The notes under the pieces were generated by a model that did not search any database, was not told where the DNA came from, and saw nothing but the letters and a program-made list of their open reading frames with translations. From a bacterium (GTDB lineage Bacteria; Cyanobacteriota; Vampirovibrionia; LMEP-6097), in NCBI GenBank assembly GCA_038146805.1, contig JAYQSH010000007.1, forward strand, positions 32,379 through 96,378: a stretch of 64,000 nucleotides of DNA. The letters run 5' to 3'. A program made the position numbers and the translations under genes. Positions 48,611 to 56,447 of the stretch are shown here, one piece after another (the stretch's first letter is position 1; each line of letters starts with the position of its first letter).

Positions 48611-49061
48611 CAAATGGCTTATCGGGACAAGTTAACTTGAAGAACCTTTTTAGTTTTAAAGGAGAAAGTGAATTATCTGACTTAATTCTTGCTTTTGTAT
48701 TTGCATATAATTTTTTTCTGTTAGACATGATGTCACGATGTTCTTTTTTTGCTTTGTTTAAAAAAACTTTTTTATCTTTTTTAGAATATACATCAAGATT
48801 TTCGCCATCAAAATTTTCTATATTTTCAACTTCAGTTATAACTCTATTAATTAATTTCTGATCTCTATTTGAGTCTATGTTCTTTTTGAACTCATTAAAT
48901 TTATTTAGATAGCTTGAGATAGAATTATTTTCCAGTTCATCGATTTGATTAATTTCAGAAATCAATTGCTCCTTTCTAGAAGATTTATCTTTTTTTTCAG
49001 CTTCTTTTTTATTTAATTCATTGATTATTTGTATTAATCTTTCATTGTGCTTCATATACAC
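48591..49061 (-). CDS. hypothetical lysine-rich coiled-coil protein
   Basis: 156-aa ORF. Its 3' end overlaps the convergent 370-aa ORF by 20 nt. Confidence 0.45.
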   Translation of the reverse strand: MYMKHNERLIQIINELNKKEAEKKDKSSRKEQLISEINQIDELENNSISSYLNKFNEFKKNIDSNRDQKLINRVITEVENIENFDGENLDVYSKKDKKVFLNKAKKEHRDIMSNRKKLYANTKARIKSDNSLSPLKLKRFFKLTCPDKPFVTLQVK

Positions 49062-49148
49062 TATATTGACAAAGCAAGATTTAATTTAATTAGTACATTT
49101 ATACTATTTAGCCTTGATCAAATAAAGCATTCAAGCTAGTTTCTTTAT

Positions 49149-49382
49149 ATGACTTGGAATATAACAAATGGCAAATTAGCTAAAGATTTCGTATTTGACA
49201 ATTACGATCAGGCATTTAAATTTGTTTCAAAAATATCTACAGTTGCAAACAGACAAAATCATCATCCAGAAATTCATTTTGGCTGGGGCTTTGCAAATAT
49301 AGAAATTTTCACACATGAAACAAACACGATTACAGATAAAGACTATGAACTTGCAAAAGCTATTGACGAGCTTTTGCAGTAG
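49149..49382 (+). CDS. pterin-4-alpha-carbinolamine dehydratase
   Basis: 77 aa with ...NRQNHHPEI...IEIFTHE...ITDKDYELAKAID, the PCD/DCoH signature. Confidence 0.8.
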   Translation: MTWNITNGKLAKDFVFDNYDQAFKFVSKISTVANRQNHHPEIHFGWGFANIEIFTHETNTITDKDYELAKAIDELLQ

Positions 49383-49995
49383 TAATAAGTTCTTTTATTA
49401 ATGCATAAGACTTGCCGCCATTTTCATCTTCTATACCACTTGCTATATCTACAAATTTTATAAAACCATCTGCAAGAATAGTGTGCAGATTAGTTTTATT
49501 AATACCTCCAGCAAGAATTAAATTTTCAAAAAGTTTTTCGTCAACATCATTTAAAAGATCCCAAGAAAAACTCTGACCAGTACCACCAAGTTCATTTTTG
49601 ACCTTAGAATCTAACAAAATTTTATCAAACTTAGTGAGCTTAGAATCTCTTAAGCACAAAAGATCTTCATGAGCCGTAACGTGCAAAACTTTAAAAATTT
49701 TAAAATCTAACTTTAGTAAAATATTTTCTTCATTCTCATTTAAGTAACTTTGCAAATATTCGACTCCTAGTTCTTTTAAATTAAAGACAAAATCACTATC
49801 AAAATAGTTCATTAACACAACTATTTTTTTTCTTTTGTCTAAGGGTAAAGAATTTAAAATTTTTAAAATATCGTCTGCATGTACAAACCGTTTTGAGATT
49901 GAAATATTATTAAGTCCAATAAAATCAGCACCTGAATTTAGTGCAAAAACAATGTCATTGATATCTTTAAAACCACATAATTTAATTTTTGCCAT
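49360..49995 (-). CDS. trpF: phosphoribosylanthranilate isomerase (isolated trpF)
   Basis: KIKLCGF N-terminus, LLDS...GGTGQSFSW, DIASGIE. No other trp genes nearby. Confidence 0.75.
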   Translation of the reverse strand: MAKIKLCGFKDINDIVFALNSGADFIGLNNISISKRFVHADDILKILNSLPLDKRKKIVVLMNYFDSDFVFNLKELGVEYLQSYLNENEENILLKLDFKIFKVLHVTAHEDLLCLRDSKLTKFDKILLDSKVKNELGGTGQSFSWDLLNDVDEKLFENLILAGGINKTNLHTILADGFIKFVDIASGIEDENGGKSYALIKELITTAKARQ

Positions 49996-50501
49996 TATTG
50001 AGCCAACTCCAAAATCCCAGCCTCGAGCTTAACTTTAATATACCTATCTTTTTTGTTTATTTCAAGAATAAACTCATCAACAAAAGGTAATAATATTTCA
50101 CGCTTACAATTCAAGCGCTCATTAGCTTTAATGCCAATGAGTTGTTGGTTAGAATCATAAAAATTTTCAACAAAACCAATCTCTTCATTTAAGTCATTGA
50201 TTACAAGCATTTGCTTTAAATCCTCGATATAAATTTCAGAATCAGCTAATTCTTGATCAACAAAAGCACTAACATAACCAGAAAAATCTTCAACAGCGCT
50301 AAGACTATCGAAATCTTTTAATTTAACTAAAACAGCATTTTTATGAAGTCTACTATTTTCAATCATATAATTTTCACCATCAATAACAAGTTCATCTAGA
50401 GACTCAAAAAAACTTAAATCATCAATTAAAGGATATACCTTTATTTCACCTTTCAAACCATGAAAACCAAAAATTTTTCCAACTATACGAAGCTCAGACA
50501 T
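49995..50501 (-). CDS. rimM: 16S rRNA processing protein RimM
   Basis: VGKIFGFHGLKGEIKVYP N-terminal beta-barrel motif plus PRC-like C-terminal half. 168 aa. Confidence 0.85.
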   Translation of the reverse strand: MSELRIVGKIFGFHGLKGEIKVYPLIDDLSFFESLDELVIDGENYMIENSRLHKNAVLVKLKDFDSLSAVEDFSGYVSAFVDQELADSEIYIEDLKQMLVINDLNEEIGFVENFYDSNQQLIGIKANERLNCKREILLPFVDEFILEINKKDRYIKVKLEAGILELAQ

Positions 50502-51680
50502 TTATAAAATATTTGAATCCTTATCATCAATTAAATCATTAAAAGCAATTGTATCTAAAATTGCTTTTATAACAAGTATCATATTTGCGTTCAACTTACC
50601 TTTACTATTTATCTTTAAAACTCTATCTTTAATTTCAAGCGGAACTGGTGTTTTCCAAAGAAAATTTTCAAATTCAATATTATCCAATTCACCAAAAAGA
50701 CAATCGTCAATTGCCATCTCAATGGGTATTGAAAGTTCCGAAGACTTTAAATCTCCACGAATAAAAACCCTTAGTTCTTTAGACTTTCTTAAAAACCTCA
50801 ATAAAATATGGATTTTATTATAGTTAAGAGTAAGAATAGATAATGAAATTTCATCGTAGGCTTGTTCAGGATTTTCTGCTTCGTCATCATCATCTGAATC
50901 TTCTTTGTCAGCAAGATCTTCATAAAACTCCTCTTCATCTGCATTAAACCTTGCGTCAATATCCTTTAGTGTATATGGCAAAGGAAACGGCAAATAAAGT
51001 TGCAATATTTGAATTAATGGATTATCAGTTTTAGTGAAACTTTGAAGAATTGATTGCATAAATTCGTATAAGTATTGGTCTTCTGCAAGTAACTCTGCTT
51101 TTATCTCCAAATAATCTATAATGGTTTGTCTATCTTGATTAAAAATGCCTGAATCAATATCTAAAAGCTCGGCTATACAATTAGATTGAAAACTCTTTAT
51201 ATAGTCTTGCATCAATTTTTCTCCATAAAGTTTATTCAAATTGGCATCACTGCTATCGCCTAAACTTAATGTAAGCCTATCTTTGTTAGAAATTCCTGGA
51301 TCATTAAAAGGATTTAGCCTTCCCGGAATAGTTGGTTTAACTTTTTTAGGATTAATAGCATAGCCCTTTGGTGCAAGCTTTACTCTTAAAGAGGGTTCAG
51401 GAGGTGCTTTTTTTTCTTTGTTTTTTTCAGGAAGTTTTTTGTTAGCGTCTTTTAGAGCTTCATACAAAATTGGATTTGAGTGTCGAATTTCGTAATCTAA
51501 TTGTTTACCATTTTCAGAATTATTTTTTTTGATTTCATTTAAAACTAATTCAGATTGAGAATTAGCAGAATTTTTATAGCCTGAGTTAGGTAAATTACTA
51601 TTAGCTTTTGCCGCAGAAGAAGACCCAGCTTTATTTGCGCCAAAGTCGTTATTTGAATTAATTTTTGATGAATCAGTCAT
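50502..51680 (-). CDS. hypothetical protein (disordered S/N/K-rich N-half, acidic DDDDE patch, folded C-half)
   Basis: 392-aa ORF whose stop abuts the rimM start. No signal peptide and no family recognised. Confidence 0.6.
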   Translation of the reverse strand: MTDSSKINSNNDFGANKAGSSSAAKANSNLPNSGYKNSANSQSELVLNEIKKNNSENGKQLDYEIRHSNPILYEALKDANKKLPEKNKEKKAPPEPSLRVKLAPKGYAINPKKVKPTIPGRLNPFNDPGISNKDRLTLSLGDSSDANLNKLYGEKLMQDYIKSFQSNCIAELLDIDSGIFNQDRQTIIDYLEIKAELLAEDQYLYEFMQSILQSFTKTDNPLIQILQLYLPFPLPYTLKDIDARFNADEEEFYEDLADKEDSDDDDEAENPEQAYDEISLSILTLNYNKIHILLRFLRKSKELRVFIRGDLKSSELSIPIEMAIDDCLFGELDNIEFENFLWKTPVPLEIKDRVLKINSKGKLNANMILVIKAILDTIAFNDLIDDKDSNIL

Positions 51681-51764
51681 CTTTATTTATATTATTCCAT
51701 TAAAAATATGAAAAAAACAACTCGACTTAACTAGTTCTTAATAAAATTATGGTTATAAGAATAT

Positions 51765-52547
51765 GTGTCATGTATAAAAAAATCAATTCAAGTATCCACA
51801 AATACTGCAGGAAATACTAATGCTGCGGCTAAAGACACGACCAAGAATAAAACTAACAAATTAATTAACCCAAACGATTTACTAGGTGATAATGCAGATT
51901 TTAGTACAGATGAAGGCAATCAGCCTCAACAAACTACAACAAGAGTTAATACAAGAAAAAAAGCAGAACAAGCAACAACAGTAAGCTCTAAAGACAGATT
52001 AAATAATTTCTACAAAGAAGCACAAAAAAAACTACAAGATTTCGATAGTGACATTCAAAGCAAAATAGCCTCAGCCCAAGCGAGTAATGGATTTGGTAGA
52101 AACAACCAAGCATTTCCACCACCAGGTGGAGGAGCTACGCCTAAAATGCCAAGCATAGGTGGCGGCGGTGGAGCTAGCCCAAGCAAAGGCGCAAGTACAC
52201 AAAATGCAAACCAATTAGCAGAACTTAAAAAACAATTACAAGAGAATAATAAAAAAAGTCAAGAAAAAATTGAAGGATTAGAAAAAGAATTAGAAGAAGC
52301 AAGAAAAAATAACCAGCAAACTATTAATAATGTAAATGATTCTACAGAAAATCAGAATAATAATAAAACAGAAGAACCAACAACAACAGAAGAAGCAACC
52401 ACAGAAGCAACAACAATAGAAGAAGCAACAACAACAGAAGAAGCAACAACAGAACCAACAACAACAGAAGAACCAACAACAACAGAAGAAGCAACAACAG
52501 AACCAACAACAGAAGAACCAGCAGAAGAAGAACCAGCAGCAGAATAA
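51765..52547 (+). CDS. hypothetical low-complexity protein with coiled coil and T/E/P repeat tail
   Basis: 260-aa ORF (GTG start, uncertain) with no signal peptide. Gly-rich PPPGGGATPKMPSIGGGGGASPS, coiled coil, then an EEATT/EEPTT repeat tail. Confidence 0.55.
   Translation: MSCIKKSIQVSTNTAGNTNAAAKDTTKNKTNKLINPNDLLGDNADFSTDEGNQPQQTTTRVNTRKKAEQATTVSSKDRLNNFYKEAQKKLQDFDSDIQSKIASAQASNGFGRNNQAFPPPGGGATPKMPSIGGGGGASPSKGASTQNANQLAELKKQLQENNKKSQEKIEGLEKELEEARKNNQQTINNVNDSTENQNNNKTEEPTTTEEATTEATTIEEATTTEEATTEPTTTEEPTTTEEATTEPTTEEPAEEEPAAE
52371..52544 (+). repeat. tandem degenerate 12-15 nt coding repeats (GAAGAAGCAACAACA / GAAGAACCAACAACAACA)
   Basis: Encodes EEPTTTEEATTEATTIEEATTTEEATTEPTTTEEPTTTEEATTEPTTEEPAEEEPAAE. 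Confidence 0.85.
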
Positions 52548-52650
52548 AATCAAGTATTCCTCTACAAACCACAAAAACCTAATTATTTTTGTAAATCCTT
52601 AACCAAGCCTTAAAAGAACTATGTAACTTTTACATATAAGGTATTAGACT

Positions 52651-53298
52651 ATGGCAATAGAAAGACAAGAACCTAAACTGGCTATAAAAAAAGGAACTAA
52701 ACCAATAAAAAGTTCTATCAAAAAAGTTGCTCGTTCGGCAGAAACAGCAGATGCTAGTACAACAGCTACAACAAATGAAGATTCTGGTTCATTGTATACA
52801 AAAGCCGATGATACAAATACCACTTGGAAGCCAGGAGAGCCAGTTTCAGAGGGCGCCGCAGAAGCTGGTTTACAAGCAACGCAAAAATTATATGAAAGTT
52901 ATTATGGCTATAAAAAAGCTGAGCTAGATTACGAAAGAGGAATTAGAAATGATCAAATGCAATGGCAAAGACAAATGCAGCAAGATTATATGGATCAACA
53001 GCAACAACAAATGATGACCGCAGCATTACTTTCTGGAATAACCCCTCTATTTGGAGCTTTGAATCAATTGTCTAAATCTGGAGGATCAAGTGGTGGTGGC
53101 TCATCGGGCAATAATAATGTTGCCAAACTTAGCGACAAAGAAAAAGAGAAAGCAAACAATAATGAAACAAGATTTCAAAAACCAGAAAAACAAGCTCCAA
53201 GAGCACAAAATACATCAGAAGAACCAATTGTAACAGATTTAGAGAGTGATGAAAACACAGTAGAAATACTAGCAACAGGAGGGACTCAATATGCCTAA
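52651..53298 (+). CDS. hypothetical protein, Q-rich helix plus Gly/Ala-rich hydrophobic segment (paralog of next ORF)
   Basis: 215 aa. ...AELDYERGIRNDQMQWQRQMQQDYMDQQQQQMMTAALLSGITPLFGALNQL followed by a GGSSGGGSSG and K/E-rich tail. Confidence 0.6.
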   Translation: MAIERQEPKLAIKKGTKPIKSSIKKVARSAETADASTTATTNEDSGSLYTKADDTNTTWKPGEPVSEGAAEAGLQATQKLYESYYGYKKAELDYERGIRNDQMQWQRQMQQDYMDQQQQQMMTAALLSGITPLFGALNQLSKSGGSSGGGSSGNNNVAKLSDKEKEKANNNETRFQKPEKQAPRAQNTSEEPIVTDLESDENTVEILATGGTQYA

Positions 53299-53725
53299 AG
53301 TACCGCAACCGTCAATAGCAAAAAGTATTTCAACTGCAAAAAATCAACTTGACGGTAAGGTTGATATTAAAAGTAATACAGGAATAGCCAACGCTGTTTC
53401 GGCAATTAAAGGACAAGAAGAAAGCACAGCTATCTTAGAGGCTATTTTAAACTTTGATATAACACACGCAGAAGAATTTGCACAAAGAGAATTAAATGAT
53501 TACATGAGATGGTGGGATAAAATGGCTCAAAAAAATTGGGCAGCAAAATTTGATATGCAACAATCATATCAAAATAGTGCAAGAACAGCTTCTATTGTAA
53601 CAGCAGGCATTATTGGATTAGGCAATGCTATTGCTGGACTTGCTCAAAAAAATACTAAAGAAGAAAATAAAAAAGAAGAAAAAAAAGAAACTGAGCCACA
53701 CAAGAACAAAGAGAACAAAGACTAA
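53291..53725 (+). CDS. hypothetical protein, helix plus Gly/Ala-rich hydrophobic segment (paralog of previous ORF)
   Basis: 144 aa. ...RELNDYMRWWDKMAQKNWAAKFDMQQSYQNSARTASIVTAGIIGLGNAIAGLAQ followed by a K/E tail. Good SD (AGGAGGG), and its start overlaps the upstream stop (ATGCCTAA). Confidence 0.6.
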   Translation: MPKVPQPSIAKSISTAKNQLDGKVDIKSNTGIANAVSAIKGQEESTAILEAILNFDITHAEEFAQRELNDYMRWWDKMAQKNWAAKFDMQQSYQNSARTASIVTAGIIGLGNAIAGLAQKNTKEENKKEEKKETEPHKNKENKD

Positions 53726-53808
53726 TAGCTCAAAACGAAAACCAAGAAGCTAACTTTGGAGTGCAGGAAAAAGAAGACCAAGTTTTCTCATAATAAAAGG
53801 AGCAAATC

Positions 53809-53880
53809 ATGACTTCAATAAACAATGAAAAAAAATTGACACAAATTCAAGAACAAAAAAAACGCCAAGAAATTTTTTAG
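53809..53880 (+). CDS. candidate mini-ORF 1 (23 aa, MTSINNEKKLTQIQEQKKRQEIF)
   Basis: ATG lies 6 nt after AAGGAG within the duplicated leader ATAATAAAAGGAGCAAAT. Not in the ORF track (too short). Confidence 0.35.
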   Translation: MTSINNEKKLTQIQEQKKRQEIF

Positions 53881-53902
53881 CTTATAATAAAAGGAGCAAA
53901 TA

Positions 53903-53965
53903 ATGAAACTAAAACACAATAAAAAAATTAACACACAAAAAACTTCAGAAAAACAAAGCAAATAA
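53903..53965 (+). CDS. candidate mini-ORF 2 (20 aa, MKLKHNKKINTQKTSEKQSK)
   Basis: Second copy of ATAATAAAAGGAGCAAAT, 94 nt after the first, with the same SD-ATG spacing. The peptide is weakly similar to mini-ORF 1 (N-x-KK-L/I-x-x-Q). Confidence 0.35.
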   Translation: MKLKHNKKINTQKTSEKQSK

Positions 53966-54044
53966 AGAAAAAGAAGAAGAAGAAACCACTGATTCAGTAC
54001 TAGAGGCATGGACAAAAAAGGATGCAACAGTTTAAAGGAAAAAG

Positions 54045-55441
54045 ATGAATATATCTAGACCAAGTCAAATATCTAGTTCAGGTTCGAGTTCAATCAAATC
54101 TGCAATTGCAAACGTATCTGGTTCAGCAAATAATGCATCTGCTAATTCAGGAGCTACGTCTTCAACAAGAGGAGAAGGCGGTTCATTTGTAAAAGCATAT
54201 AGTGACTGGATTCATAAGACACCGCTTACAGGCTGGTTTGATTCTTTATCAAGACCACCTTCAGGAGTCCAAGCACCAAGCATTGGAATACCGCCTTCTA
54301 ATCCAAATTTCACACCTCAAGTTGGTGACGGTCAATTTGCATCAGCAAAACCTGCCGCACCCGTAAGAGCAACACCAAAAGTTGACACAAGCTCAAACCC
54401 TCACATAAAAGCATTTTTACAAAGTATTTTAAATGACAGAGCAAATGGCGGAGTAACAAGAGATGATCAAGGAAAAATCACGGATGTTCAAAAAGAAAAT
54501 CTTGATGAAAGAACAAAAAAAGAAATAGACAAATTTGCACAAGACTTAAAAGACTCTGCTGAACAATTAAACAATGAAATAGATACATTTTCTAAAAATA
54601 TTCAAAGATGGTGAAAAAGACAATGAATTAAAAGAAATTTTAAACGAAGTAAAAGAAGGACTCGCCGAAGATAACAAACCAAAAGCAGGTGAAGACAACT
54701 ATAACCCACAAAAACTTTTTGACTCTGCTGAGAAACTGAAAGAATGGATGGAGAATAATCCAGAACGAAGCAAAAGAATATGGAGAAAATCTCACTGATT
54801 TAACAGCGAACTTAGATAAAGTAGTACAACAAGCTCAAAAACAAATAGCACTTTATGAAAATAATCCAGCTACTGTCTTAAGAGCGGCAGATCAAACTGG
54901 AGCACTTGCCCAAGAGACAGCCGAAAAACTAAAAACAGAAGATAGTGAAAAACCAGAAGAATTAAAGGCATTTGAAAAACAAGTTGATGCAACAATGCAA
55001 AAAATTAACGTTGGCAAGGATGGCAACGAGGATGGCAAATTTAATATAACTGAAGCTCAAGAGAGTCTGGATAAATTAAATGAAGCCTATGAGGCTCTTC
55101 CAGATGACAAGCGAGCAGAACTTCAAGAAAGTTTTGATAAAGTAAGAGAATTATCACAGGTAACTATAGAAGGACATAAATTAGCAACAGAAATGGAGCC
55201 TAGTGATTCAGAATATGAAAATAAAGCTCGTGAGTATGTAATTGATTTTAATAGTGTTTCAGGCTTAAGCGATGAAGAAAAAAAAGAAATCGTTACTGAA
55301 GCAGTTGGCGGCGAAGATAAACTTAATGAACTATTAGAATCTCAGGAAGATAGCACAACAGAAGAAAGCGAAGATATAAGAAATCTTCTTGCAGAAATTA
55401 CATTTGAAGAAGAGGAAGATCAAGAACAAGATCCTAGATGA
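54045..55441 (+). pseudogene. hypothetical S/P-rich then acidic coiled-coil protein, one gene read in three frames (two +1 shifts)
   Basis: Frame 1 runs 54045..54614. Frame 2 is open 54583..54798 (IFKDGEKDNELKEILNEVKEG...). Frame 3 is open from 54740 (NEAKEYGENLTDLTANLDKVVQQ...) and runs into the 148-aa ORF ending at 55441. Composition is continuous across the junctions, and the first junction contains the A5 run 54594-54598. Confidence 0.5.
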
Positions 55442-55483
55442 AAATACTTAAGCGAATACTTTAAATACAGTTAACAAAAAAAT

Positions 55484-56260
55484 CTATAAAGCTCGACCAC
55501 AAGTTTTACCATCAACTGTTTTTTGTATAAAGACTTTGTTTTGTCTATCTGTTGTTAAGTATCCTTCAAAAACAGCTTCTTTAAGTTTGCCATCGCTAGC
55601 ACTATAAGTAACAAGTAGGTTTCTTTTCATGGCTTGATCAATTTCCACACCTTCTTTAATCGAATAAGTTAGCCATAATTTATTATCGTTACGTTTTTCA
55701 AATAAATAATTATCCAACTGCATATCAAGTCCCTGTTCAATATGTGCATCATCACTAAAAATTTTGGTTGCTTTTTCTGCAGAAATATCAATCAACAAAT
55801 CGTAAGGTCTTTGTTGAGGTGGAGCTTTTTGATCTAGCACTGGAGCTTTTGATTTTGCTTGTTTTTTTTGTTTGATTTTTTCAACTTTTTCTTTGGTTAT
55901 TTCTTCTTGAATTAAAGCCTGCTCTTCAAGGACTTGACTAAAGACATCATTTTCGATTCTTTTTGTTTCTTCTTTTGTTAAAATCTTTTCGCCTTCACCA
56001 ATTTCTACTGATCCATCAAAAGACGAACCAATTAATAATTTAATGCCGTCAGTAATACAAAAACAATAAGCCAAACAAGCTTGAATATCTTTTTCTTGAA
56101 TTGATCTAAAATTTCGTAAAATATCTTGGTTACTCATGCCTTCTGCTAAGGACAATAAAACATCAGCAACAATCACTCGTGTACCACGAATACGAGCCTT
56201 ACCACCACAGATATCTTGGTCTATAACAATTCTCGATTCAGCTAGGTCTTTTAAATTCAC
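55484..56260 (-). CDS. DUF433-domain protein fused to a coiled coil and an unknown C-terminal domain
   Basis: N-terminus IVIDQDICGGKARIRGTRVIVADVLLSLAEGMSNQDILRNF...DIQACLAY matches the DUF433 pattern (GGxPxIxGTRxxV...G.s.eeI). 258 aa against about 80 aa for standalone DUF433. GTG start. Confidence 0.7.
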   Translation of the reverse strand: MNLKDLAESRIVIDQDICGGKARIRGTRVIVADVLLSLAEGMSNQDILRNFRSIQEKDIQACLAYCFCITDGIKLLIGSSFDGSVEIGEGEKILTKEETKRIENDVFSQVLEEQALIQEEITKEKVEKIKQKKQAKSKAPVLDQKAPPQQRPYDLLIDISAEKATKIFSDDAHIEQGLDMQLDNYLFEKRNDNKLWLTYSIKEGVEIDQAMKRNLLVTYSASDGKLKEAVFEGYLTTDRQNKVFIQKTVDGKTCGRAL

Positions 56261-56311
56261 GAAAAAAACAGAACTATTTTAAATAGTCCTATATATTTTA
56301 TACCTCAACAA

Positions 56312-56352
56312 GACACTTCGGACCGTGTTAAAACTGTCTCATTTCTTATTTG
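56312..56352 (+). repeat. 41-nt conserved intergenic motif, copy B
   Basis: GACACTTCGGACCGTGTTA-(AAAC)-TGTCTCATTTCTTA-(T)-TTG, located in the divergent region between the DUF433 gene and nuoJ. Confidence 0.5.
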
Positions 56353-56447
56353 CAAGCTAAGTCAAGAATTAATACAAGATAAATCCACTTAATAATATTA
56401 TAAACTAGTACAAATAGAAAAATTAGCATATAATTCTTTTTGTATTT

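Noticed and set aside
52290-52574. Antisense ORFs of 94 aa (Cys/Phe/Trp-rich) and 76 aa (poly-Leu, 52342..52572)
   Set aside because: They are mirror-image products of the GAA/ACA-rich tandem repeat on the + strand. They have extreme composition and no start context.
53815-54027. 70-aa minus-strand ORF in the A-rich spacer
   Set aside because: It is antisense to the SD-led mini-ORFs, Phe/Leu-rich because it reads poly-A tracts backwards, and has no RBS.
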